Positions 23,947 through 37,591 of a stretch of 64,000 nucleotides of DNA are shown here, in pieces (position 1 is the stretch's first letter; each line of letters opens with the position of its first letter). The translations under genes and the position numbers were made by a program. Source of the DNA: Euprymna scolopes (lineage: Eukaryota); the NCBI GenBank assembly GCA_053919585.1, contig CM132798.1; one strand, written 5' to 3'. The notes beneath the pieces are model-generated. The model was not told the DNA's origin. It searched no databases and saw only the letters and a program-made list of their open reading frames with translations.

Positions 23947-26000
23947 CGGAAGTTTCTCGAGAGCTCTTTCGGCTATCATCTCTTCAGGAGTAAATCGATA
24001 GCAATCTAAATAGTATTGTAACGAAAATAAAGAGTTCTATTGGGGAACTTATTTATTGTGCCAACGTACGAGGACATTAATTAAATTTATTTACGTTTAA
24101 AAAACGATTAAAAATGTTGGCACAACGAGGGAGAAAAAAAAAGCGGAAGAAAAAATTCAAAGTTCCCCAAAGAGAAACAATGCGTTTGATGTTTCCTTTT
24201 GCCGGCACAAAGAAGGTTGACACACCGCGATAGAGACGGCCTCCAAAATCTTTAAATGGTTTTTGGAATCCGCTCTATGTAGCACCTCGAACCAATCTAT
24301 TTTATATCTATCGGCACAGCACGGGTTGTCAACCAAATGCTGGCCAATAGCAGAGTCCAAGGCTGCAGAAGGAGGGAGACCACCGAACCCCATCCTCCCT
24401 TGTCTGATCTTCGATGGAACATGCTGGTTTATACGCGTCAAAAGGTGCAAGGATGTTCGCCCAACATAACCAGCATCGCACTGGCATTTAAACTGATATA
24501 CAATATTACTATTTTGGATGTAAAGCAAACTATCCTTGCGGAAAGACGGAAAAGCAGGTCTCGTAGTATATACCACACGCAAGGTCACCGAATTGAAGCA
24601 ATCGTAAATACTTCTTCGAATCTGTTTTGAAATTATATTACTCCCCTCCCCTATCCACGGTACTTTCAAATAAACCGGGCATTTCAAGGGTCCAAACTTT
24701 TTAGGGGATTTAAAATCCGCAACCTTTTTGAAAATACAATCATCAATAAGGTCAACAGGGTAACCATTATTGATGAATATTTTCCTGATCTTATCAAGTT
24801 CGACATCTAATCTGTTAGGCGAACAAATCATGAGGGCTCTATGTACCAAAGTATTAATTAAGCCGACCTTACGTGATTTAGGTACAAAAGACAACCAGTT
24901 CACATATAGGCCAGTAAATGTCGGCTTTCTATAAATTGTAGTGAGATGCCCCCCCTTTGAGCGTTCGACGAGAACATCCAAGAAAGGAAGCGAATTGTCC
25001 TTCTCACTTTGCATAGTGAACTTAAGAGCCCCATGTAAAGAATTCAACCTATTAAAAAATATCGACGCTTCACTTTGCGAAGGAAAAATAGCAAAATGTC
25101 GTCAACATATCTGAAATATGCAGTGGGTTTAGATGTAGAATTAAACATAACGGATTCATAGTACCCGACGAAAAATATCCGCTAAAGTTGGGGCCAACGG
25201 ACTCCCCATTGAAACCCCGTCAACCTGACAGTACATAATATCACAAAAACTAAATTCCACGGATTCCGTACACATTAAAATGAGTTCAATAAGAATCTCT
25301 TTAGAAAACCGTGGAGCAGTCAGGCGACCATCATATAAAGCGTCGGCTCATATGCGTATAGTCTCATCCAACGGTATGTTAGTGAAAAGACTAGAGACAT
25401 CAAATGAGCACATGAAAGACGTCTCTGCATTAGAATCCAACCCACGTACACAATCAACGAACCGAAAGGGATCTGGGATACAATGCGTGGTGTATAGCTC
25501 GCGCACAGGTTGCAGAATTTCCACAAGCCACTGCGCCAAAGAATGTTGTGCTGAACCAACCATTGATAAAATAGGTCTCAGTGGAACACCTTGCTTGTGG
25601 ATTTTGGGGAGACCATACATTCTGGGACGTTGTGACCGAGAGGGCCTGATCCTGTCATAGACATCCTTGCAAAACATCTTCTTTTTAAATAATGCAAGTA
25701 AACGTCTCTGCATTTTAGCCTCGTTCTTGCAAGTATTATCCGTGAACTCGACGGAGCCGAGTTTACGGAATTTCGAACTATCATTGAGAATAACTGCCAT
25801 TTTCTCAACGTAGTCCGATTTATCTAAAATCACCACTCCTGCACCTTTGTCTGGTTTACACATATAAATATCGGTATTAGATTTTAACGCTTTCATCGTC
25901 TTAAATTGCGTTATGTTCCAGACAAAGTCGCTATGATCGACAGGAATGTTACTATATCGGTGAGCTAAGGCAACTAAATTGGATTTCATCCCAACAATAT
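23947..26000 (-). mobile_element. Penelope/Poseidon-type retroelement (RT + GIY-YIG), 5'-truncated, frameshifted
   Basis: DKGAGVVILD, MYGLPKIHK..PLRPI, SFDVSSLFTNIP, GVSMGSPLGP, RYVDD (25098-25109), LPFLDV, YRKPT, VYQFKCQCDAGYVGRT..RINQH; ORFs 25348-26055 and 24157-25047. Confidence 0.95.
23953..23994 (-). ncRNA. Minimal hammerhead in 3' pLTR of the Penelope element
   Basis: tttactc CTGAAGA gatgatagcc GAAAG agct CTC gagaaa; helix III AGAGCTCT palindrome; helix II imperfect. Confidence 0.65.
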
Positions 26001-26044
<44 letters not shown>

Positions 26045-28471
26045 GAGTAAAACAAGGTTCAATAGTAAAAATGTTTTTGTTTATTTCTTAGGAGCTATAT
26101 GCACCAAAAAAAGAAAACGTGATATTATACACATTAAATTAATAGTAACAAAGGTGTATCTTTTCCGGCGAGAAAAAACCATTTTTAATAATTTCAACGA
26201 CGCTATTCTGTACGAGAGCAAATAAGGTAGGTATCAGTTATCGGCCATGGTGCACAATCTGTACAATTTAGATGAAGCTCGAGCGTTTGTCACATCCAAC
26301 CCTTGTAAGGTGGCATGTAAGTTGCCCTATTCAGGTTGATCGATCCAAGACGAATGAAGTAACGCTGTTTCATATGTAAAAGATACTGTTTTACCTTAAG
26401 ATTTATTTGTCTCTCTATCTTTGTTTTCCTAAGTCATTTTTTCTATTTTGCTTTACCTGCCCTATATATAGCTGACTTACAACTGTGTTGATTGGTTAAT
26501 TTCAACAGTGTGCTTGATTACCCTTACTGCTAATCAAAATAAGCGAAATGTTTTCCTCGTGTTCTTACTAACTGTCACATCCGGTTTTGTAAAAGTGGAT
26601 TTGCCCTGTCGTCCAATGGACTTATTCGCCAAAATAACATTTTAAACATTGAGCAGATTCAGAATTTTACAACAAATTAATAACAGAAGCAGTGTTTTAT
26701 ATTCACTACATTTTACTGTGCAAATGTGCTAATTAATACACACACTGATAAATAGGCAATATTCATGCTATCATCTTTTAGACAAACTGTGTGAAGACAT
26801 TGCATTTGACAACAGAAATAGAACTGTATATTTTCTGATCTATAACAATTGAATTATATTTTATCTTGTACATATTAAAATTTGATGAGATTGTAATATG
26901 AGCAACTAGCATTCTCACTCTTTGTCCTAGAGCTTTCTTTCATTGTCAGTGATTTAAACCGAAGCTTCTCCTATGAAGTATTGAGTTCTCATAACTATAC
27001 AACTATCGGTCAGTTGGAGCAGCAGGCGTGGGCTTTGAGAATTGCATGCCCTTTTCCCACGCCGTTTCTTTAAAAAAAAAAAAGATATGTTATCAAGCGC
27101 AGGTTGTAAGCTGTTCGTATTTTCGTATTCTTTCCATACTGAAAGCTGTTCAATAAAACTCACCAAACAGGTACAGGCGACCACACGAGAAATGTGCACT
27201 TTTGATCACTATAAAGACGTAATAATGAGAAGACGACGTTTAAGTAGCCATTTTGAATTTCACTTTTTTTCTATTTTTAATACTCGGAACGTAACGGAAG
27301 GAAAAAAACATGGTTGTTTTTTTTCTGTTTAAATTAATTTATATCACAACTATTACTTTTGTAACATTTATTTTTAGCTTTCTTTTCTGAATGTCTATTT
27401 CTAATTCTTGTTTCCTAATTTATATTCATCCGCCAAAACTTTTGTTTCTAATGTTATTTACTCTTTCATTTTTGTAGTCTTGCTTTTATAGTAGGGCGTA
27501 AATATTGCTTTTACTAAGAATTTAGCATCTACTCCATGCAAGGAAATTGTGGTATAGTTTCAGTTTATTATTAAAACGTATCGCATTTCGACTGTCAAAG
27601 TCATTTTAAACACAATTATATCTTTCTTCAGTATCAACCCCTCCATTTTGGAGAGGCTTCCAAATAAGACTAAGTATAGATTGTGATACTACAGTTGGAG
27701 CGGAGTTAATATCCCTACCAAACACACTTTTATAAAATAATGACTAATGTCTACGTATCCGTTTTAATTGTATAAGCATCTTTACATTATAAGATCTCCG
27801 TATTACAAAGAAATGGCGGAATGGTTGAGCTGGTCACGTGTGACTCGATAGAACATGTTTCAGATAAATATAAATGTAGATAATGTGTTTAAAATAGTAT
27901 CAGTTCGTATCAAGTAATTTCTAGAGACCTTCCATGCCATGAAGAGAAAGAAAGTTGATGGAAAGTTCATGGGAGTCAATTCTGTCATTCATACATAGTC
28001 AATGCAACTAGTAAATAAATAAAATATAGTCAAACTTCATATCATGTTCGTTGTCATTGTTTAAGAATATGTTTCAGCTTAGATAAATAAATTCCAAGAT
28101 GGCTGCGTTGTGACACATGTTTTTTAGATAAAACTCAGATGTTTAGGAAGGAATATTTTAAACCTGTTACATTTAGGAAGTCATATACAGCTGAAGTAGG
28201 ATTAAGAAATTTATGTTTCTTTGTAGTTGTTTGTATTTGAGATGCAATAAGTAACGTAATAAGCCTATAGAGGTCTTTATATATAGCATCATTTGTTTTA
28301 TATAACCGCTCTACGTATCTTAGAGCTAAAATAAGTTGTTGAACAATTAGATAATTTTAAATTTTATACGTATAATTTTAGCGATAAACCTTATTGCATA
28401 ACCAATGAAAGAAAAGTATTCGATAGTGAGTACTATTTAAATTTTAACTATCTAATTTAGTTAATTCATAT

Positions 28472-28745
28472 ATTGCGGATTATTATCCTCATATTTCTTA
28501 GTTGTTGTTTCACGAAGTTACGACCAACTATTGCTCTGGCCTACGTCAGGTGGTAACGGCGACAGGATAGGAATTCTGAATCTCCTAACTGCATTCTCAG
28601 CAATTACTGCCATCCCATAATTGTTGTCGTCTCACCACGTTTTTGGGCCAGGTAAGCATTTGACCGGATTTGGATAGGATTCAAACTGCTATCTTCAGAC
28701 AATTCTCACTTGGAACCGTAGAGATTTAATCTCTGGATCCTCTGT
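28472..28745 (-). mobile_element. Family A tRNA/hammerhead element, older copy
   Basis: Colinear with 9001-9260; HHR core mutated (CTGACGT, GTAACTTC). Confidence 0.8.
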
Positions 28746-28855
28746 ATCTGAAGTGCGATCAAGGTTGGATTTTTTGGTCTTATAAATCCACGTTTATTTA
28801 TTATTTGATCTTCTATGTCCGGGTCCGTACCGAATGGTATATATATATATTATTT

Positions 28856-29270
28856 AATTAGAATTCATTTTTAAGATGAGTATTATTTATTAATTTATTT
28901 ATTGCGGACTATTATCCTCATCTTTCTTAGTTGTTGTTTCGCGACGTTTAGGCCAACTATTCCTCGGAACTTCGTCAGGTGGACACCGCGACAGGGTAGG
29001 GACTCCGAATCCCCTAACTGCATTCTCATCAATTACTGCCATTCGTAGTTGTTGTGTTCTCACCAAGTTTTTTGGCCAAGTAAGCCTCTGTCCGACTTTG
29101 GGTAGGATTCAAACCGCTATCTTCAGACAATGTTCACCTGGAACAGTAGAGATTCAACATCTCTATCCACTGCGCCACGAGCTCCGAAACAACAACCAAG
29201 AAAGATGATGATAATGGTCCGCAATAAATAAATTAATAAATAATACTCATCTCAATAATGAATTTCAATT
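28856..29270 (-). mobile_element. Family A tRNA/hammerhead element with 86-bp inverted tails
   Basis: A box GTGGCGCAGTGG, B box GGTTTGAATCC, CTGACGA..TAAAC GTC; inverted arms 28856-28941/29185-29270 with 7 mismatches by eye. Confidence 0.85.
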
Positions 29271-30513
29271 GGTTGTGCCTGCTCTTGTATTTCTTTTAGG
29301 CCAGTTTACTGCATTCACTTATTATATGGTTTATCGTTACGTCTCTTTGTCCGCAGAGTCTGCATTTACTGTTTTCTTGTGTTTTATCGATCTTTGCTTC
29401 GATGTAGTTCGTTCTTATAGAGTTATCTTGTGCTGCGGTTATTAGGAATTCAGTTTCCCGGCTTAGGTGTCCTTTTCGCATCCATGTCCAAGTGTTTTCA
29501 TTATTCTCATATTTTATCATCCTTATGAATCTTACATGTAGTTGTTTTTCTTCCCACTTTTCTTTTCTCGTCTTTTCCTTTATCTCTCTGTTTTCTGTTT
29601 TGTCGATTTTTAACAGTGTCTCTCGTTGCCATAATTACCCTTTTCGTGTTTTACTTTATGTATTTTTCGAGTTCTTTTTTGTGTGTGTCATCCACACAGT
29701 CTTCTATACAAACTAGTCCTCTCGCGCCTTATTTTCTTTTCAAGTAGAGTCGGTCAACATCGTCATTTGGATATAGTGCGTTGTGCATGATCATGAGTTT
29801 CCTGGTCTTCTGATCGAGATGGCTCAGTTCTTCTTTGGTCCACCCTATTAACGGTTCTGAGTGTTCTACTAGTGATACTGCCTATGTATGTATACCTTTT
29901 ATTAGATTTCTGCTATATAATTTAATTTCTAGAAGTTTCCCTGTTCTCCTGAGGTATTCCTTTCCAATTCTCTCTTTTATCTCTGTGGTTTTAATGGTGT
30001 CTCCTTCCAGAACTCCCACGTATTTATAAAAGTCTTCTTCCCCAAGGACTCTCATTTCCGTTTCCTTGGGTAGTTCTATGTTTCAGGTCGTCCATGTACA
30101 TTAGGTAGTCATTTTTCCTCTGTATTAGCAGTTTTTCAGTATACTGCTTGGCAGTTTCTCAGTTCAGTAGCATCATGGCTATGATGAACAGTAATGCTTC
30201 TTTGTATGTTAATTTCTGTTACGTGTTGTTCATCAGCTGTCAATTCCAGTCTCCATGTTTTCATTGCATTTTCTATCACGCTGATGATCCTGGTTGGTGT
30301 TATATACATTTAAAGCATTCTATTATTCAGGCTTGAAGGATCCCATCGTGCGACTTTTTGTAGTCTATCCATACCATCGCTAAATTATTTCTCCTTTTTC
30401 TCCTCCTTTAGGATCTTTTTATCTATGTATTTGTATCTATGTATAGTAGGCTATGTGTTCGTCTCTTTCCTTTCTGGCACCCTTTTTGTTCATCGGAGAG
30501 AAGTCCACGTTTA
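29271..30513 (-). mobile_element. R4/Dong-like non-LTR retrotransposon fragment (RT to CCHC)
   Basis: MVWIDYKK, FYKYVGVL, DVDRLYLKRK*GARGL, WMRKGHLSRETEFLITAAQDNSIRT, CRLC..TINHIISEC..RHN; many lesions and an internal deletion. Confidence 0.9.
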
Positions 30514-30650
30514 NNNNNNNNNNNNNNNNNNNNNNNNNNNNNNNNNNNNNNNNNNNNNNNNNNNNNNNNNNNNNNNNNNNNNNNNNNNNNNNNNNNNNNN
30601 NNNNNNNNNNNNNNNNNNNNNNNNNNNNNNNNNNNNNNNNNNNNNNNNNN
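30514..30650. other. Assembly gap
   Basis: Run of N. Confidence 1.
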
Positions 30651-31072
30651 GGAGTTCTCACACTGGTCATGATCAGTGATTAATTACTGACAACAACCGG
30701 TGGTATTTCCTGGAGGTTGAGTTACAACGAGTCTCACCAGATTTCCAGTACTCTCTACTTTCATCATTAACCTTTACAAATGTATTTAAGTTATCGCAAT
30801 AGCAGCTTGTACTTGACTTCTCAACGGTAACGATCACTGGTCTTCATAGAAATTTGTGTGGCAATAAGCCTCTCCAAGGTACTCTTTGGTACTCTAGTGG
30901 CGGTTTGATTAGTGCTACTCCTCCCCAGTCTTTTTATCCCCCTTAATCCTTCTCGGCTATTTGGTGTAGTGACAGTCAAAGTGTACACTATATCTTTTTC
31001 TTGGGTGTGTGTAGTTAACTAATAACTTTGCGCATTAATTTTTCTTGGTCTTATGTAGCGTCCTCTATCATT

Positions 31073-31113
<41 letters not shown>

Positions 31114-31360
31114 TATAGTTTCTATATGGCCAGTTAACATTTATTGCTCAAGAAGATTAGTTTCCGCATTCAAGAGTTTGCCGTGAGAGTCCATCTGTTT
31201 TCAGCATTAACGTCTATAATATAGTCTCAATCTTCTCCTTGATTCCGGTGTTTGCTAATCCATTTTCTAAGTTCTTTTAGACTGTTTCTAGTGCTCGTAT
31301 AATTATTAGTATTATATTGATTTTCTTAATGCTCCATATTCCTCTTAGATTTCTGGCATG
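30651..31360 (-). mobile_element. Further decayed R4/Dong-like 3' end fragments
   Basis: ARNLRGIWSIKKINIILIIIRALETV*KNLENGL..IKEKIETI at 31160-31358 resembles the REL C-terminus; weaker similar 3' remnants at 30651-30990. Confidence 0.5.
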
Positions 31361-31429
31361 TTTATTGTTGTTGTTGTTGTTGCTACTGTTGTTGTTATTG
31401 TTATTGTTGTAGTAGTGGTAATAATAATC

Positions 31430-33505
31430 CTGATTTCGTTTATCAACGTCTCTTTGGAAAGGGGTGAGATTCATTTCCAGAGGATTTCCCTTAATCCCGG
31501 CTTCAAACCAAGAGCTTCAAAGATCAAGGGTTTTCCTAGGGATGTTGGTGGTACCTATAATTGCAGAGGTCTGACGACCGTCTAAAACATCGGGGATTTG
31601 TAGTTTTTTCAATTGTCCTTCCAGAAGACTTGATACTACTCCTAGTGTACAAACTACGACCGGGATTATTTGTGTCTTCACCCCGTGTATACGCCTTATC
31701 TCCAAAGAAGTGGCGATAACGAATCTCCTTGAAGTATTCCACATTAAATGCCAACCTGCCCCATCACCTCTCTGTTTGCTGTCAGCACCGTTTTCCATTG
31801 AGTCATCCTTGTCTCCAAAAGCCCTACCACATTCTCAGCAACCTTCATCATCAATAGTGTTTCACGTATCCATGAATAAGGAACCATGTCAGATCCATGC
31901 TACGCTCGGATTCCTCTTCTTCTTCTTCTTCTTCTTCTTCTTCTTCTTCTTCTTCTTCTTCGCATCATGCATTAATGCTTTATCAATTAGTAGTTGCTCT
32001 TTGGTACCTCTCGAGCTTCCGGCACCCCTTTTGTTCGTCAGGAAAAACACCATTACTCTTAAGATGTTCACAAATTTTCTTCGCAAATATTCCAGTCAAC
32101 AGTTTCCACATCAATGGCAGACATGTAATTGGTTTATGATTATTGGCATTTGTTCCTTTTGCAGGATTTTTCCTTATCAGTGTTGTTCTTCCCTTCAAAA
32201 GCCAATCAGGGACATCTCCCGACTCTAAAACTCTTTGCAGGGAAGCAGCTATAGGTGGATAAAGGCATGAAAACTGTTTAAACCAGAAGCCCATCACTCC
32301 ATCTGGACCAGGTGCCTTCCAGTTTGCCATCCTTCGTATGCCAGCCTTAACGTCATTGATGGTTATCTCAACGTTCTTCATCTGCTGCATTTCTGATAGC
32401 CTTTCTCTGACCTCTCCCAACCAGCTAGCCTTCTTATTATATCGCCCTTTGACAAACCAATCCCACTGCAGAACTTCCTGGCATTTTTTGAGTTGTTGTT
32501 TCCCGCCTGTTTACTAACATTTAATTCTTTATACAGCTGAGACTGATTGCTCCGGAAAGGTTGTTCTGCCGAAACGCAACACTTTTTCCAACAAAGTTCC
32601 GAATTTTCATACAACCAGTGTGAACCTTCTCTTTCAACATTGTTAGAACGCTCATGGTTCCCTTTTCCAGCAATATATACCTCTTTTCAAGCTCGTTCTT
32701 AGATTTCTGTCCTAGTTTAACTCCTTTTCTTGTGTCTTTGATTCTACCAATGTCTTTCCCCACTGTTTAACACTTTCTACAAGCCGCCTCTGCCAGTGTG
32801 GCCTTCTATCCTTCATTTCTCTCTTTTTCTTCTGTATTAAGCCAAGACGATTCGCAATAACGTATGATGCTGCATACAGGAGCCTGTTATGTATCGTAAT
32901 CGTGTTCTTTCTTATGATGTTGTGAATTACTCCATGAACAATTTTTACCTCGCTTTTCACCTTTCGCCTATCACTACTCTTCATGCTTGGATGATCTCGT
33001 CTCTAAGAATAACATCTATTAACTTCTGAAGTACTTCTTTTTCGACATGTGTCAAAGTTCGAACTTCATCACCACTTCTCTATACATCTGCTCCTTTCAT
33101 TGAATCCATTGTCTCAGAGTCAATGATCTCATCTGCCTTAGATCCTATAAACTCCTTCTAATAACTTCCCCTAACCATAGTATTCCATTCCTTCTCAGTT
33201 TCCCGCCTCCCATCATCGCTTACATTTCCCTTCTCCACTTCCACTCTCTCAGTCATCTCAGAGCTAGTTTCATCAATTTTACTTTCGTTATTCAGTTCAT
33301 TCCTAACCATCCGTTCAATCTCTTCTCTTGCAATCACTGAAAGTAGGTTGTTATTTTTAATTTGTTTTGACTGGTATACTAAACTCGCGCCACTCTAGCT
33401 CATCCTCCTCTCGTTTCGCATTCTTCCTTCACTTTTCGGATATATCCACCAGATTTGGTACTTTCACTTCTTACAAAGCATTCCCACAGTACTCTTCTTT
33501 CATCA
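31430..33505 (-). mobile_element. R4/Dong-like non-LTR retrotransposon, internally deleted, between (TAA)-type repeats
   Basis: NWKAPGPDG, KPITCLP..WKLLT, EQKGCR, GTKEQLLIDKA, VAWI, then jump to IIPVVVCTLGVV..SAIIGTTNI.RKTLDL; (ATA)n at 33507-33563 and TAA/TTG repeats at 31363-31428. Confidence 0.9.
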
Positions 33506-33506
33506 C

Positions 33507-33564
<58 letters not shown>

Positions 33565-36500
33565 TGTTTCTCTGATCTTAAATTTGAAAATTTTTCATGA
33601 AGAGTGTATATTAAATAAGTTTTTCCTCGCTACATTTAGTATAAAAGTACAGTTTCATACTAATTTTAGCGAGGATTTGACAACCGTATTCCACTTTAGG
33701 ACGCATTTGGCTCTTATACCATCAGAAGATTGCGTCAGGTTTGGAATACTTCCTGAATCGTTAGAATCAGCCTACTATTTTTCTTAGCGACATTAGAAAC
33801 GTATTTGATTTGTCTTCCATTTCAGTTCTGGAGTAAAGCTCATTTTTCAAAGTTTATTAATGCAATGGGCTATACAAACACGAAAGCTATTCATATTTAT
33901 CAAGTTTAAGTGCATATCAAAGCATTAATGGTGAAAAGAGGCAATCTTAATTTTAAATGCATAAAATGTTATTAGCTACTTTTTTATGAACCACGTATTC
34001 AATTTTGGAAGAGAAACAATTAGACAGATCTTAGTCATTGTTTTACTTCGAGATGTTACTATAGATGGTTGTGTCATCTACATAAATTTCAAGGGATGGT
34101 CTTAAAATGTAATTTCAAATATCGTTGAAAAAGATCAGAAAGCGAGTTGGGTCCAAAATGGATTCTTAAGGAATGCTAACGTTCATACTATACGCTTCTA
34201 ATACAAAATTTCTGTATATCAACGACTACTTTTATTAACAATGTCAGAGAGAATGCAGAGTAAAAACCCATCTTCTAAATCTAGTGGGCGATGTTTTCCC
34301 CCTTCCTACTATTTGTTACTCACAGATGAGATGTCGTTACTTTTTTTCCCTGCTCTATGGTTGTTTTCATGGCATGTGCTCTTTATGTGGTTTTCATGGC
34401 AGATTGTTAGATTAAACTAAGCCCAACCTACGGTCTCCTTCTCAAGAATAAAACTCGTCTAAATACAACTATTGTAAATAATTACACTTTTACTCTTTAT
34501 GTGCTTAAAATAAATGAAACTTCCATGAACAAAGTTTTTTCCCCCAGAACTACCGGTCTAAATTGCACAATATCGCAAGATTGCTTATCAGCTGACTACA
34601 GCATTGTTGCTATAAAGTGAAATGTATACAAATACTTGTTGAGCTGTACTCTTAACTAATAAAATTATGCCACACTTTCACGCTCATTAGCTATCACTAC
34701 GGTGTTTTATTAACGTCCACCTAACACTCATTAATCCTTATCCTCGAGTGACATTTTGGCTTTGATACATGATAACACTTTATTAAAACAAAATTAGATA
34801 GCGCATATTAATAATGCCCGTTCTTATTAAACTTTTGGGCACAGTAGTTATATTGACAAAATACTGTTTACTTTTGTGTAACTTATGACAAAATAAGTAG
34901 AAATGTTTTAACGATTTTACTTATGAGATAGATCTGCTTTTAAATCAACATCTAAAATACTAGTATTATATGGGATAAGGTACCATTTACAAGCCATTGC
35001 ATATTAACTATGTTAACCTAAAATTATTTTACTGTAGTTTTCAAATATTGTTTCTGACAGTTTTCTCAGTGGTAAGATTCCGTTTGTTTTAATACTTCAC
35101 TCTAGATTCCATCGAGACTCGAAGGTCGACTGTGACGCCCAGTAAAAACATTGAAAATATTCCCTTCTTTAGGTGCTTTGCCCATGCTACTTAGGCAGAT
35201 GTTATTACTTTATTCGGAATTTCCTGTTTTTGTTTTTTGAGTCATGGTTTTCTTTATTTAATCAAATGGTTGCTTTGGATTTATTTGTGCGAGAGTGACG
35301 CTATGTTTTCATGTGTTCATTTGTTTACTGAGTTGTATTTCTCCAACTACGCCTATTTTTCTGAACAGTAGAATACCTTTGAGATAAGAATATCACTCTG
35401 CATCTTTCTGCCCGATATTTTTTTATGTTTATGCAGCCTCTCTTAGCATTTGCAGGTGAATTAAACAATTTGCTTTTGAAAACATATTAACGCTGATAAT
35501 TTAAACGCACCTATTGTCTAATTCACATCACATCACACTTTAGATTAACTTTATAAAAAGTAAAAGGGAGACAAAGAACGAAAAACACAAGTAAAAAGAA
35601 AAAGCTTGAGATATCAATGTTTACTTTTAAAAGCTTGATTGTTGGATTAAACTATTTCGCAAAAGTTCGTAAAGTTACATTTTTAACAATTTCTAAACGT
35701 GTCTCATTTTATTTTATTTTTGATGAAAGAAAATGTAATGACAGGGTCGTGTTTCAATGTAGAAAATGAAACTTTCATCGAAAGAATACTTTAATGTGAG
35801 AACAAAAATATCTTGTAAATTAAGGTCAGTATTCCCATATGAATAAAGGCGGCTCGGACTATAGATAATAAACTATAACCCTTTGTAACATTTGTGAGTA
35901 TGATCTACTGAGACCAAACAGATAGTATATTTCAATCCTAAGTAAAAAGGCGGGAACCTATTTTCATATCCGCATATTCACTGAATGTTGATGATTTTGA
36001 TAGAGCATATGGCATTGTTATAACATTTTATTGCGCAAAGTACAAGGATACATATTAGAAACGACTATCATGCTGGAATTTAAAAAATATATATCCAATG
36101 GGATTTATTGGACGATATTGAAATCGTATCATATTACTTTATTTATGTTCGAACGCGGATCGTCCAATGATAAAATGAAATTATACTAATTACAAAACAA
36201 GCAGTACGAATCTCGGTGGATGGGTTTCTCTGTATGTGTTTCATAGTTCAGTTTGAAATCTCATTCTCATCACTAAACCTGTTGATTGAATAAAGAAAAC
36301 TTATTTCAGATGCGTCCGCATCTTTATAAAAAGCTTTCTCACTTCGTCTGTCAGAAGTTTATATTTTCGTCAGTCTGTCCCTCTGAAGATTTAATTAGCA
36401 TTTTTCGCAAAAATGTAACACTTCAATCAATTTTTTTCTTGATAAACCCGACGTTTTATTTCCGCTCCCTAAAAATATTACCCTGAGCAGTAGTGGTTGA

Positions 36501-36627
36501 ACTAATTACGCTTTATTTCAGAACGAACTCTCGTTTACAGGTCAAGCATATAAACTATGATTCAGGTAAATAGAAATCACAGATGGATAGCTATATTATA
36601 CTGTGCGTATATTTTAAATTATTGTTC

Positions 36628-37333
36628 TTTTTGGTCCCCCGACAAAAGGAGAGTAGACCTATAAATTCCCCCTTGTCCGTTCGTCCGTTCGTTTGTCCGC
36701 ACTTTTCTCAAGAACTACGCCTTGGAATTTTTTTAAATGTTACACAAACATTAAAAATGATATAAGTAAAAAAAGGTAACAGAACAAATTTTCGGGATAA
36801 AATGGCTACAATTTACACGTTTGTGCTTATTAAAAAAAAAATTATGTCTTGGATTTTTGAAAAACTTTCGGTAAAGTTGTAACTAACTAATTTCTTTATA
36901 ATTTTGTTTGTCTACACTTCGCGATAACTCTTGGGTGTACCCCAGAGGCTCTTCTGGCTTAAGAAAAACACTCAATTTTTGTGACTGTTTTACCATATTT
37001 GTCCAAAATTATATGTGTAAGTCTATTTAGCAGTTTTGCATGGTGATGAACTCAAATTTAAATATGTTAAGGTCTTGGGGACTTTTGGGGCTAAATGGCG
37101 GGGAGGGGCAACTGGGGACTTAATCATTTCTTTTTTTTTTTTTTTTGCATGGTGCAGAACTCAAATTTACATATGTTTAGGCACAAAACTTCACCGTTTG
37201 TTCATTTTCACCAGTATTTGACGTCCTCTCTGGATGTTTGGGGCTTAATGGGAGGGGTGCAAATGCTGAACTTCGTCATTTTTAATGCCTCTTTCACTGT
37301 GCACTCACGGGGGACCATGCATGCTTCACTTGT
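36628..37333 (+). mobile_element. Helentron-associated non-autonomous element (HINE/DINE-1-like)
   Basis: TTTT-GGTCCCCCG ... CGGGGGACC subterminal inverted repeat, GTCCGTTC microsatellite, ends CTTGTT; inverted paralogue at 45388-46127. Confidence 0.8.
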
Positions 37334-37524
37334 TATTTTGAGAATTATCTGCTTATACTAGGTCGGATATGGCTTAAGATAGAGTAATGTTGCAACACCT
37401 GAGAAGTCGCCACTCAGAGCACACTCTGTTACCTAGACAGAGTTAGAAGGTTGAATCCGATATTTTAGTGGGGAATTATTTCGGCTGTTTCTTGCAGCTT
37501 TTTCTCGGAGAATGATGTTATTAG

Positions 37525-37527
<3 letters not shown>

Positions 37528-37589
<62 letters not shown>
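37528..37589. repeat. (CT)n microsatellite
   Basis: Direct reading; many (TA)n, (CA)n and (AAT)n tracts elsewhere are not listed individually. Confidence 0.95.

Positions 37590-37591
<2 letters not shown>

Noticed and set aside
26200-27200. GRQGKSTF P-loop-like, YIGQ-like and KPT-like fragments on the minus strand
   Set aside because: Isolated and not colinear in a supportable frame; may be a very old PLE, but needs a frameshift-aware search
33600-36280. Possible host exons in unique AT-rich DNA
   Set aside because: No supportable ORF or splice pattern; small exons cannot be excluded without transcript data
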